DNA of 63,986 nucleotides, the filler included, from Welwitschia mirabilis (taxonomy: Eukaryota): NCBI GenBank assembly GCA_051453625.1. It is 5 parts of one record of this genome, joined end to end, with 100 filler letters (N's around TTAATTAATTAA, not from the genome) between each part and the next. Parts side by side here need not be neighbours in the genome. Positions count along the whole stretch, not along the records: positions 17,635 to 31,146 come from JBOZIK010000001.1; positions 31,247 to 58,742 come from JBOZIK010000001.1; 3 more parts are not named here. One strand, written 5' to 3'. Shown here in pieces: positions 29,640 to 43,000 of the stretch. The number at the start of each line of letters is the position of its first letter. The first letter of the stretch is position 1. A program made the translations under genes and the position numbers. Below the pieces are notes generated by a model. That model ran no database searches. It was given only the letters and a program-made list of their open reading frames with translations, and was not told the DNA's origin.

Positions 29640-32600
29640 TTTTATTTCTTAATTACAAATGGGGGATTACCATCGTTCTAATATTTTTTTCACTTCTTAA
29701 ATGGTAAATCAACTTCTCCTTGCATTGAGACTATTAATAATGGAAGCAACATTCAAAGTTCTTAATATGATATTCTTAAAGTTTTTCATAATTATTTTCC
29801 AACCTTTTCTCAACTACTAAAGTGAATGAATAAGCCATTAAGAGATGCCTTAAAGATCTTACTCCATTTAACCAGAATACCTTTGGTTTAGAAACTTGCT
29901 TATCTCAAATAAAATTTCTTCATGCTCTGCAACAACTTAAAAATGGTAAAGCTTTAGTCATTGATGGTTTATCTAGAAAATTTTATATGTGATTTTAAAA
30001 TATTATTAGTAATAATACTTACAACATATACATTAAATCTCTTGATAAAGGTTCTTTAGTGACTAATCTGAATACTAAAGTGGTGAAACTAATTTCAAAT
30101 TAAGGCACCCTTGTAACATCAATAATCTAACACCAATTAGCTTTTAAATGTTATCTATAATATTATGTCTAAATCTCTTGCTAAGAGATTAAAATGGTTT
30201 CTTCCTACTCTTATCAGCAAATAGAAAATAGGTCTTACATTGAACAAATTCATTTGATTAATGTAGTCAGAGAAGTGAAGTATATGAATTGGACTTCTAT
30301 TACTTATTAAAATGCTATTCTTTTTAAATTGGACTTTGATAAGGCCTATGATTATCTTAATTGGCACTTCTTATTAAAAGTTATTAGACACTACAAATTG
30401 GAAAAATTCCTTTAAAAAGCATATGAAAATCTTATTTCTATTACCTGTATTAATGGAGTGTTTCCCCTCCTATTCATCTTAAGAGATCTATTAGGTCAGA
30501 TTGCCCTTGTGTGATAACCCACATTTTGTAAGATTTAATTAATAGAGTTTTTAAACTATATAATACATTTTGATATTAATTTTAATGAAAATCCCTTTTT
30601 ATTGAGAATTTATATATAGCCCTATAATCAATAATGTATTATATTTCAAACATTATAAATACTCATAAGGCTACTAAATTATTTAACCTTATTTTTGAGT
30701 AATTATTATTTCAAGTTATAATAATGATACAAGAATTTTCATACTAAATAAACTTATTTATGTTTAAGCAAGTCATTTTCCATGGTTAAATAGTTAAATC
30801 CAAAAAAAAAAAAATNNNNNNNNNNNNNNNNNNNNNNNNNNNNNNNNNNNNNNNNNNNNNNNNNNNNNNNNNNNNNNNNNNNNNNNNNNNNNNNNNNNNN
30901 NNNNNNNNNNNNNNNTTTTAATGAAAATCCCTTTTTATTGAGAATTTGTATGTAGCCCTATAATCCATAATATATTATATGTCAAACATTATAGATACTC
31001 ATAAAGTCACTTAATTCTTCAATCTTAGTTTTGGACAATTTATTAATTCAAGTTATAATAATAATTATAAAAATTTTAATACTCAATAAACTTATTTATG
31101 GTTAGGCAAATCATTTTCCATGGTTAAATAGATAAATCAAAAAAAANNNNNNNNNNNNNNNNNNNNNNNNNNNNNNNNNNNNNNNNNNNNTTAATTAATT
31201 AANNNNNNNNNNNNNNNNNNNNNNNNNNNNNNNNNNNNNNNNNNNNATCTGGAAGGTGGTCAGATATCAAGTTGGAATGTCATTAATAGGAGATGCAACT
31301 TTCTATTATATTAGTTAGGCACTATTCTAAAACTTATCTATTGTATGTGATAAAATAAGTTAACATTCCATCAACTTTATACAAGATATTTTTGTATGGT
31401 GAAAACAAAGTTAGGAATAAATATAAGATACAATTTTGACATCATTATTGTATACAAACCAAAGGGATTAATAGTTAAGTNNNNNNNNNNNNNNNNNNNN
31501 NNNNNNNNNNNNNNNNNNNNNNNNNNNNNNNNNNNNNNNNNNNNNNNNNNNNNNNNNNNNNNNNNNNNNNNNNNNNNNNNNNNNNNNNNNNNNNNNNNNN
31601 NNNNNNNNNNNAAGTTAGGGTGTTACACCTTTGGCTTCTTATATTTTCATTATTGTTGTAGATACTTTATAATATTTTTTCAAAGCTAAACATTTGTTAG
31701 GACATTCATAGGGTATTACTCTTCTTAATGGAGATATGGTTCTTCATAGCCAATTTGTATATGATACCTTTCTTTTAATTTTAAATAATGAAATTAACTT
31801 TAAAATAACTTTGGATATTATTAATATATATTGTAGTGCCTCTGTCTTGGTTATCAATTGGGAGAAAACCCAAGCTATACATTCCAGCTTTGATGCTCAT
31901 CCACATTAGATGTTTGAACATAATATTCAGTGGATTTCTTCTACAAACCAGTTTAAGATTCTTGGGGTTTTTCTTACTCTAATAGATACTCCTTCAGCTA
32001 TGTGGCATAGAGTTTTGAATAAAATCAAATCAAAAATTTTAAAATTGGTAGTCAATCCTTTATCTTTAGATAGATAACTTATTGTCTACTCTCATATTCT
32101 TAATGTCATCCCAATATATTATGCTTTCTTCATGAGTTTATTAAAAAAAATCCTTCACTATCTCTTATGGAATAACTCCAATACTTATAAAGTTTTTAAT
32201 AGGATAGCTCAGAATGTTTATCAATATGCTAAATATCTTGATGGCTTAAGGATTCCTTCCTTAGAAACTCAAGGTATCTTTCTAGTAGCCAAATGGATTG
32301 TTAGATTTTTAAAGGCGAAGATACTTGAAAGGTGATATTTTGACATTACTTCACTGATGTTAGGCTTTTCCACTTACAATTGTACCATGAAATTCACTAG
32401 AGCAACTCAATTTTCTCATCTATTAATGTTTTTTAATAAATTTGAAAATTCTAGATAAAAGTCTTAGATTTTCAATGGGCTTACTCTTAATAGCTTGCAA
32501 ACTCATTCTCCTTGGTGGTCTCTAGTTTTCATGATTGATAATAAACCTCTAGGCTACTATTATCCTTATAGAATTACTAGGTTGATGAAAAGTGATTTGA

Positions 32601-33400
32601 TTTATCTTGATCAATTTATTTCTTACAGTAATAGCAATTGTAGCATTTGATGGTTAACTCTTAAAACTAAATGAAAGGTGCAAAAACCTAATTTACATAT
32701 GATTAAGCATATTTTTAAAATCATAATGAAGCATACATGGAGGAATTCTAGTACTAATTGGTGGGAAGATTGAAATTGATCAAATGGCACTATGTTACAT
32801 GACTTTTCTTTTAATAAAGTTAAGTTATGAATAATACTTTTCATACCATTCAATAATCATTGAATAGTAAATGGAATCGAGATTGGATGGAAGATTAATA
32901 GAAAGAATTGTTTCATACTCTTTGAAAATCTAAAGCCTAGCCAAAAAACAAAGTTTGTCTTTAGTGTCTTATCCATAAAGTCCTACCTATTGGTCATTGT
33001 CTTATTCATTTAGGGATCATACAAGCTTATTGTCCTATTTTTTAATGTGAAGATCATTTTCAACATTATTTCTGGCACTATAGTTTAGCAATGAAGTTAT
33101 GGAATTAGTTACAAAGTCTTTTTTATATGTAAACCCCCTTGTTTTATCCAAAGTCTATTCTTCTCCAAGACAAAGTTTATAACAATGTGAAGATAGGATG
33201 GCATATTATTTTGTTGTAAGGACTTCATTTTTTGTGGAAATGCTATTTCTAAACTTGGTATAAATAAGAAACTTTTAATAGCTTTACTTATGAAATAAAT
33301 AGTTTAATACTGTAGTAACTGCTCTTTAATATGAAGTCACTAAAGATCATCACAAAGATCAATTTATGATAGTGCATCAAAGAGGAATTCTTTAGAATGT
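29640..33400 (+). mobile_element. Decayed L1-type LINE ORF2 (RT and C-terminal Cys/His region)
   Basis: LKNGKALVIDG, KLDFDKAYDYLNW, DCPL/PLASYIF (QGCPL motif), QFVYDTFL (YADD region) and HKVLPIG...CPIF*CEDHFQHYFW. Many stops and frameshifts. Confidence 0.85.
30510..31627. mobile_element. Tekay-like LTR element inserted into the LINE RT (mostly gaps)
   Basis: TGTGATAACCC...GGGTGTTACA termini, TSD CCTTG/CCTTT, splitting the LINE GCPLAPY motif. Confidence 0.65.
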
Positions 33401-33940
33401 AAAGTCATCTCATTCTTCTCTATAAGTAACTAGCTCAGGGGCACAGCTACCTATAAGAATTTTTTTGGGCTCTATTGAGGCTTCTTATTCCTAATTGATA
33501 TGGTTTCTCTATATCTTAATACTTCCTCCTCCATGTTCATGAAGCCTTGCTTTTAAATAACTATTTAACAATTACATGTAGTACTAGTTAAATGGCATTT
33601 TGATAGTCAAATGGAGCAATAATGACATACACAACTTTAAAGATGCCATAAATCAGTTCCCGATAAAGCCTTCTTAAGGTAGGTGAAGCCTTGTTGAACA
33701 TATGGCATTTATTTCAAAACCCTAGAAAAGACTCAAAGATTTGTCTTATTTATCGCTTTAGGGTAGGCAAGTTAATAAATCCTAGATAGCAATTAAATTC
33801 TTGTTTGGATGGCCCCAAGAATGTAATCCAAGCCTTTCAAAGCCTTTTGAAAGGATCTTCATTTTAGAGAAAGTTTGTAATGCATCCTTCAGATTTGAGA
33901 AACAATGGAAAGGTTTTAATGAGATATTTTATATGAAGGA

Positions 33941-35578
33941 TGATGTGAACCCATATTTTTATTTTTATGTTTTGCTATTTAGCACATATTATTATTTTCT
34001 TGCTTTTCATTTAATCCCATATTGCTTAGGAATCTCTCTTAAAATGGCTTATGTCCTATAAATAAGTGGCGTATGTACTATTTAAAATGATTGAATAAAG
34101 ACTTGGATTTTTTTAATTGAAGGCTAATCACCCTCATAGTGATTAAATGGAGGCTTGACCCCCTCAAAGTGATCACTCTCCTTTCAGTTCTTATGTTACA
34201 TTTTGCATAAATACGATGGGGTTCAAAACAATTGGTATTAGAGCCTTGTTCTAGATCCATGGTAGATTGCATAATACTTTTAAAGATAGAAAATCACCTT
34301 AAATACATGAAGGAAACATTCATTAGATAGGTAGAATGCATAAGAAGATCAAAGAAGATAATAGAAAGAAATATAAAGGCATTGGAAGATATTAGAATAT
34401 TAATTGGTGCAGTTGAATTAAAGTATATCCATGGAAAATTCTCGACTTCTTCTGAAGAGGTATCTTCTCTAAACTATGATCAAACTCAATAATTAGGACA
34501 AAATGATACTAACATCGAAAATAACATGATAGGAGTTGAAGATGAGACTTTGGACATAGGTATAAGAAACACTACAATTCTATCTTAGAGGAAATCAAAG
34601 GTGAAGGTGCTCCATCCAAAGATAGATATATTGTGGAGAGGGACAACAATCATGCTAAAGAAGTTCTCAATGCATAGACTAGGGGATTTAAATTACTAAA
34701 AAGAAAGACTAAAGAATTAGATTCATCTAAGATGTTAAAGATTTTGAGTTACAAAAAAGGGACATTTAAGATTTAGAGTTGCAGAAAAAATACATTTAAG
34801 ATTTCCAATCTCATAAGACATAAACTGAAGGTTTGGAAATGGGAAAGAAAGAGTCCAAGATTGATAAGGGTCTTGAAATAGTAAAGCATCATGAAAAGGA
34901 AAGTGGACATGATGCATTAAGATGTGGTCTTCATCTTCTGGATTCGGCTATGAATGCTTAAGCAAGAATTGTAGAGGACATTAGAATGACCACACAGTTT
35001 AGAGCAAATGATGAAGAGCACCCATACAATGGCTGAAATATAAGTGTTATGTGAGTGGTACAGAATATTATAGTGTTGAATGTATTTTTGAGTTAAATAT
35101 TTAATCCTCGCTTATAAATACTCTATGATTTGTATAATAAGGATATAAAGTATTTGAACAGGGTTAGAATTGAAGGCACATGAGAATATCTTTACAAGTT
35201 CAAAGAAGAAATTTCATATTTATAACCTTGAGAACAAGGTTGTTTTAAAGGGGGATGGAATGATGTAACCCCATAGCTTTATTTTTATATTTTACTATTT
35301 AGCATATATTTTTATTTCCCTACTTTTCTTTTAATCCCACATTGCTTAAGAATTTCAGTTGAAAGGACTTATGTCCTATAAATAAGTGGCTTATGTACTA
35401 TTTAAAATTCTTAAATAAAGACTTGGATTCTTTTAATTGAAGACTAATCACCCTCAAAGTGATTATTAAAGGCTAATTATCCTCAAAGTGATAAATGGAG
35501 GCCTGAATAACTCAAAGTTGTCACTCTGCTTTCAATTCCTATGTTATGTTTTGCATAATTACAATGGGTTTTGTAACA
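33941..35578 (+). mobile_element. Complete small non-autonomous LTR retroelement (TRIM-like); LTRs 33941-34230 and 35261-35578
   Basis: TG...CA LTRs, PBS TGGTATTAGAGC (tRNA-iMet type), CTTGAGAACAAGG followed by PPT AAAGGGGGATGGAA, and a perfect TSD AAGGA. About 1 kb internal region without pol. Confidence 0.9.
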
Positions 35579-37269
35579 AAGGAGTGCTGGAATATCTAAG
35601 CCTAGGCAAACTTATAAGTCTATAACTGACAAAATAGTTCATTTTTTGTTTCTAGAAAAAAGGATATCTCTTTTGGTAAATCTAATATGCATCTTCTATC
35701 TTGGATATCGTGGAGAAATAAAATGCTAATTTTTTCCTTAGGCTTTAACTTATCCTTGCAATTTTGATGCATTCTCCGGTTTTGGCAATATTTCCTATAA
35801 CTCTGATATCAACTTTCTGTNNNNNNNNNNNNNNNNNNNNNNNNNNNNNNNNNNNNNNNNNNNNNNNNNNNNNNNNNNNNNNNNNNNNNNNNNNNNNNNN
35901 NNNNNNNNNNNNNNNNNNNNNNNNNNNNNNNNNNNNNNNNNNNNNNNNNNNNNNNNNNNNNNNNNNNNNNNNNNNNNNNNNNNNNNNNNNNNNNNNNNNN
36001 NNNNNNNNNNNNNNNNNNNNNNNNNNNNNNNNNNNNNNNNNNNNNNNNNNNNNNNNNNNNNNNNNNNNNNNNNNNNNNNNNNNNNNNNNNNNNNNNNNNN
36101 NNNNNNNNNNNNNNNNNNNNNNNNNNNNNNNNNNNNNNNNNNNNNNNNNNNNNNNNNNNNNNNNNNNNNNNNNNNNNNNNNNNNNNNNNNNNNNNNNNNN
36201 NNNNNNNNNNNNNNNNNNNNNNNNNNNNNNNNNNNNNNNNNNNNNNNNNNNNNNNNNNNNNNNNNNNNNNNNNNNNNNNNNNNNNNNNNNNNNNNNNNNN
36301 NNNNNNNNNNNNNNNNNNNNNNNNNNNNNNNNNNNNNNNNNNNNNNNNNNNNNNNNNNNNNNNNNNNNNNNNNNNNNNNNNNNNNNNNNNNNNNNNNNNN
36401 NNNNNNNNNNNNNNNNNNNNNNNNNNNNNNNNNNNNNNNNNNNNNNNNNNNNNNNNNNNNNNNNNNNNNNNNNNNNNNNNNNNNNNNNNNNNNGTAAGGT
36501 CAAGCTTAATATCGGGTTTATAGGGTACCTATTCTAGTAATTTTAAAAGAGGCTGAGGTTTAAGATTAGATTTATATTATTTTTATGCATCACTTATAGA
36601 ATCCAAATCAAGCTCATATTGTTTTTATGCAGTGGAAACATGTTTTAGAATCAATACTGAGAACTAAAGTACAACCTCAATAGCTCAAATAAGAATATCA
36701 TTATCAAACTCCAAGGGGAAGCAGAAATATTAATATGGCATAGAATTCCAAGATAAGATTCCTTACATATTTATGTTAAAGAGTGTATTCTTTAATAAAT
36801 GCCTTACAATGTTAAATTGTGTTAATATTATTCTTACTATTTTTATTATCTATGGCTCTTTTCTTTGTCTATAAATACATTCAATGATTACTTAAATATT
36901 TTCAAATCTTTCATTAATGTGTTATGCTTCAAAGTCTATTTAAAAGTTTCATGTTTGATAAGAAGATCATTTCAACTTTTGAGAAATATGTTTAACTTAA
37001 TTTCAGGAATTGCTAAATGCATTAAATTTCTTAATTTCTAAAGTTTTAATCAATAATGTTTTGTAAATTCAAGTCTGTTTAATTCTAGAGCATTTTAAAT
37101 AGAGCATTTTTATGTTGTTTCTTAATTACATTAGTTATGAAATGCTACTATTGTGTGGCTCATAAATCTTACTATCATATTTTGATAAGAAATTAATTAA
37201 TTTATAGTTAAGGGCTCTATTACAAATTATCTACAAATTATCTTGCATTTATTATAGGAATTTTAATTG

Positions 37270-37600
37270 GCGAATAAAATCCCTTAATACTGATTTGGAA
37301 AAAGTTAGAAACCTTAAGGAAGTAAGCTTAAATAGATTATAAGAAATCCAAAATGAAGCCTATAAAAACACAAAAATCTTTAAAGAAAGGACAAAAGCCT
37401 TACATGATAAGCATATCATTAGGAAAAATTTTATACCTAACAACTTAGTATTGCTTTATGAATCTAGGATACATAAAATTCCTAGTAAATGTGTATCTAA
37501 TGGATTGGTCTATTCTAAGTCTTAAAAGCATTTCCTCATAATGCTATCAAGATTTAAAGTCTTAAGGATAACAATTTATTTAAATTTAATAGTTGTTTCA
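37270..37600 (+). pseudogene. Athila-like integrase C-terminal remnant
   Basis: LNRL*EIQNEAYKNTKIFKERTKALHDKHIIRKNFIPNNLVLLYESRIHKIP. Confidence 0.75.
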
Positions 37601-40600
37601 CCCATCTATTCTAATAGGTCATGACTTAGACCCCATCCCCTTAATCTAATTCCATAGGTATATTAAGGGGGAAGAAATTGTTTAGGGTGAATAAAGTTAA
37701 AATATTTGTCATATGAGAAATTAATTTGGATGATGTAAACTATTACGGTTTTTTTGAATGATGTAAACTACTAGGATTTTTGTTGCTTACAATTTAGAGT
37801 TATGCTACCTAAATAATTCACCTATTTTATTTGTAAGATGTCAATTACTTAGGTTCCTTCTACTGCTTGTCTAAGTAGGGTATAATTCGGCTAAGGGCCT
37901 CTCCACTTACATATTGACATCTCCTTGTGTTATGCATTCATCATACCATGGATTACACTTAACACTACATTTGTCAAGTGATATTCATCTACTTTAGAAG
38001 ACATATATGCTATGATGACATCATCTCTACTCATCCTTTGTTACCACCATCTAAAAAATTAAAAGGGAAAAAAAATAGGGGGTGAAAATTAAAAATGTAA
38101 TCTCTGAAAGCCAAGCTAAATTCAAAAGAGGAGCTGAAACTTTTTTGAAAAAATAAGGTGGGATGGGAATCAAATAATCTAGTCCCTTTTGTAGTGCGTT
38201 AATTTAGCATGCAAAAGGCATATAAATCCACAAATGTCTTACTAGTATAAACATAACAAAGTTTGATATCAAGGTGAAGAAGCCTTTTCCTTTGAAAAAA
38301 CCTTTTTTTATGTCAGTGATGGGATTTTGGCAGGGGCAGGGAGGGGGGGAAGGAGAGGAAATATATATATAGTAATGATTAATTCTTGTCATGACTAGTT
38401 TAAAGGCTTAATCATGTTAGGTTTCTCAGATGTCAAGTTTCTTGAATTTATTAAGATAGTTAAACTTATGTCTCTGTTTTTTAATTTTAATTTAGTTTTA
38501 TAATACTACTTTAACCTTAGGAAAATTAATAATCATACTCTAATTGATAGAATTTTGAGTAATGTGCTCTATCAATTAGGACTAGATATAAGAAATAGCT
38601 CATGCATAATCTCTAATCATGTAACTATAATACTAAGACATTTTTATAAAAAGAACTTAGACTGTAACCTAAAAATAAGATCTTAAAAACCCTAAAAGTG
38701 ATCCTTTTTAAAGTTTTTCCATACTATAAAGTTCAAAATTTGCCCTAAAGACCTCATTATCATGATTTGAAGGATTTTAAACTAGGCAATTTAAACTCCT
38801 AACAAATTGATTAAAAAAGTACAACCCTGTCAGTCTTTGGAACATTGCTTTAGCACATTCTTCTACCACCACCCTAGTTATTAATTATCTAGTGTGTTGC
38901 TACATTAAAATGATGAATTTTTCTTTTTCTAATTAATTCTCTCTATACCTCACCTATCAAAATGTCAAAACTAGTAACTTGTTTTGTAGAAGAAATGTAG
39001 AAATCATTGCTAGCCATGTCCTCTTCATGGGATTCCTGATAGATTATGGATGGAACTATCTCTTTAAACTAAGGCCCTTGAATGATTATTATTTGCCTAG
39101 ACTACTGTGAAAATTTTAGAAAAATGCTAAATATACAAAGGATTTCATCATCACCATCAACATGAATGGAGTATAGTTCTCAATAGATCTTAACTCCATC
39201 ATCATTATCATTGGTATGCACAGTACCTTTCATTTCTATTTTTCTAATGATAATATAGGAGTCAATTGATCTATAGCTAATGCTAGTGGTATGGATAAGA
39301 ATCAGTTAGCACTATTTAGATTTATAATTAATAATATGCATCATAATATCCACATTATAAAAGTCTCATATAACCTCTATTTAACTTATGTGAATTACAT
39401 TCTTTTGGACATATCATAACATGTGTCTAGTTATATTAATGAATTAATAAGAGGCTAGAGAAACAACTGATACCCTAACGTTATCCTATCTTATCACTAA
39501 TATTAATCCCTATGAAAGTAGAGAAATTAGGAGTAGTTATGTCAACCTTTAACCATAATCATATCCACCATGTTACATAGAGGGATATTATACAAATAAG
39601 AATATGTACAAGACTCAGCTGATAGTTCGATATTAATTGTCGATTACTTCATCCATCTTGTAGAGCTAATCCATTGTCAGCTGACTGCATCTCCTCTATC
39701 CTACAATATTCAACTTCCTAAGAGTTCCAAGAATTTATTTCACCATTAGGTGATCCATACTTCAAAGATTGTATATTCTCATCTAGGGGCAAAATAAATC
39801 ATAGGTAAATAAATTATTAGAATGAAAAGAAGATTAAAGAGAATCCTTCACTACACATGATTCTTGTACCATAGTAGACTCGTGTTCTGCATGTTTAATC
39901 AGATGTATCGAATCGTTATCCCTCTTATATTTTTTTTTCTTATTTATTTCTTCATATGCATGCATACTACTAATTCAAATCTTCCATCCATTTACTTATC
40001 TCTATTAAATGTAGCTCTCATGTTCAGATGAAATATCTACTATTTTAGAAGCTATTACATCATACAATATATATAAGTATCATTTCATGCAATGTTTTTC
40101 AATTACTTCTTACATATTTCACATGTGGATACTACTTATATTAGGTTGGAATGACAAATTAGGAAATTTTAGTAAATTTTTCAATTTCGCTTTTTCCATT
40201 TCTTAAGTTAAAATGGTATAACTAAAAAATAAAACATAAAAATTAAAAAATGACAATTTTTAGTGTTTACTATTGAAATGATAGCACCTACAAGTGCCTA
40301 CCAAATCATTAATTCAAGGGCTATAATATTCAAAGAGGACTATCTTCAATTTGATACACATTAAATATTAAAAAACATAAAAATATGCATGGTTTCATTT
40401 TACAGTTCTTAGGTTTTAAAATTTTAGATGATTAATGATTATCCATGCATACAATTATGTGGTTTTATGTAATGAATCATCTACTTATGTTAACTCATCT
40501 TTTATCTACAATTAATTATGTAATTAACTACATGACATTTTTAGCCATTTTACACTTTCACCTATATAGCACATCGACATACTTCCATACAATGATGGAA

Positions 40601-40949
40601 TTTTTGGCATCCTTTTGACTCAGGTAATAATACTAATAATTTACATCTCTCATGCTTCACTTATATTACTAAGGTGCTAGCAGTAAGCTGATGAAGGGGT
40701 GTATCAGTACTTAAGTTTTGTATATTTTAATACCTAAGTTATGGTTATTGTATTATCTTAATATGGTATGCATTATATTTTACTTATGAAAGCATGTTAA
40801 ACACCTAAAATTTTAAAACATATGTGTTATATTATTTTACAAATTAATTTGGACAAAATAGGAAATGCCTAATAACTAGATCTATGGAGTCCATGTTAGA
40901 CTATATTAAAAAGTTTTAGGATTCCAATTCATTATCATGATGATGTCTT

Positions 40950-43000
40950 AGAGTTAGGAGATAAGATTCGGAGATATAGTTCATGTCGGCTGCCTTGATC
41001 ACATAAGTAATAGTGTTCTCTCTTTGAATCACCTTTTCGTTTAACATGAAAACGCCTTATAATAAATCCAACCTATTATACTCTAAGTCCAATAACACCT
41101 GTAGATTTAAGTCTATCTTTGTGTATGGATTTCCCCCTCTTATGAGGCATTTTCCCAATGCTATGCTAATTGAAGGTTCATCACAACATACTGTTGATGT
41201 AACATTTACTATGGTGACTATGGAACATTATCTCTCTTAAAACCATTCACACTTGTATTCTATACCATCCTAGAACTAAATTTAATCATGTAGTCAATGC
41301 AATCACTTATGAGTCTCTTATACAAGAAGACTTGAATTCAATATCATTTCAAAAAACATTGTTTGGTAATTTAATGACTACATATTAATGACTTATGGGC
41401 TTCCTCTACATTAGAAACTATATTTGAATAGAATTGTTATATGTTTCCCACATCAAATTTAATGTTTTGAGTTCATTTTCTTCTAAATCTAATATTTTCT
41501 TTGTTGCTTGTGATGCCTTGGTATTAGAATGTCTTATTCTGATACAACTTTAAGTAACTGGTGACAAACAAGTACCAAGAGTAGAATATGTTCATTTATA
41601 TATTAATTAATACATGAATACGTCACTTAAGTTATCTTTTATTTTCTTAAAGGGATTTTTGTTAATAATGTTTTCCTTCTATCAATTTAAAGTCAAATTC
41701 TAAATAACTTGTGAGGATGCACCAAGTTTCTAATAATCTTATTTCTATCTTAGTAACGCTTTTCCTATTAAAGGCTAACTTCAATGAAAGATCTAAGTAA
41801 TCTCTTAATCATTAAAAGAAATGTTCACATATTTTTTATCCCAAGGGTTCAAGGAACTGGAGTCTTAATATATTGATAGTTCAGAGGCCAAGTTTCTCAT
41901 CAATTTGCAAGGTGTTAAGAGCAACTAGAAGAGGATCAGGGAAGAATACATGTTTCTTTAAGATTATTGATAGAATTTATGTTTATTAAGGATGAGTGCA
42001 TTTTTGTTCTATAATAGATTCTTCTAGGTAAAGTCAAAAATAATTTGTTACATTGTATAGTTTGTTAAATGGATTTTGATAATAGTTGTGGAGAATTGTC
42101 TATGTGTCTATCTTCAAGTTGCAAGAACTCACTAACTTCTTATTTATTTTTATGAAACTCCTTCAATGTTCTCAAAAGATATGCTTTCTAATGCAATTAG
42201 AGAAGTTTCTTAATTCTTTTAGTGCTTCTTTTAGTGCTAGATGCAATTCCCTTCATTAAAAATGTAAAATCTCAAGTACTTTTCATAATATAAATTATTT
42301 TCTACTAAGAATATTTTGTTGTTCAAGCAATGAAAGGGATTACTATTTCCTGAATGGAGTCCCTTCCATTAGAATTTTCCTTTAAAATAGGACAAGGATC
42401 ATGTTGGTCTGAATGGAACATAATATTTATCATTGTGAACCATGTGCATCGGTGTTGTGAATCCTGAATTGTCATTATCATAAAATTATATGGCATGCCA
42501 TTTCTGAAATGATTAAAAAAGGAGAATTACGTATCATAGCTATATTTTTTAACCTCCAAAATGTTCACTTTTGTGATCAGGCATCATTCTAGATTAATAT
42601 TATCAATCACCTATTCATATTCTTGGGTATCCTTTCCTTAAGGCTAGTAAGTATGTTCCTTCAAATGATCTTGTAATTATAACTCGTTAACTAAACATCC
42701 TCCTCAACTAAAGCAAGGAGAGATGTGTGGATAATGAGTTCATAAAACGAAATTAGGAAATGGATGGCATTTCCAAGGAATAGCCTACAAGCATGCTTCC
42801 TTTCTATTTTTTTAAATTTTATCTAAACTTTATGGTAGATGACAGTTTTTTTGGATCATCAATGAGCTTGTTGCAATGCCAAGACTCAATCATTACAAGA
42901 AGGATAGCAAGGGAATTCAATCTCCATGCAAAACATAAGTTTTAAAGCCCAAGTGTGATAGATTAATATTTATGTCCAACACTGAATTCCACAACACATT
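40950..43000 (-). pseudogene. Probable CACTA TnpD/Tnp2 transposase relic
   Basis: Minus-strand fragments in TnpD order: LCLHGD..NCHLP (Tnp2-like), TPMHMVHN (DxMH-like) and YKCEWF...IVNVTSTVCCDEP (DUF4216-like KCDWF...DEPFI). Very degraded. Confidence 0.4.

Noticed and set aside
35745-36537. Long ORFs here and at 14076, 59616 and 61031
   Set aside because: Artefacts of translating N runs.
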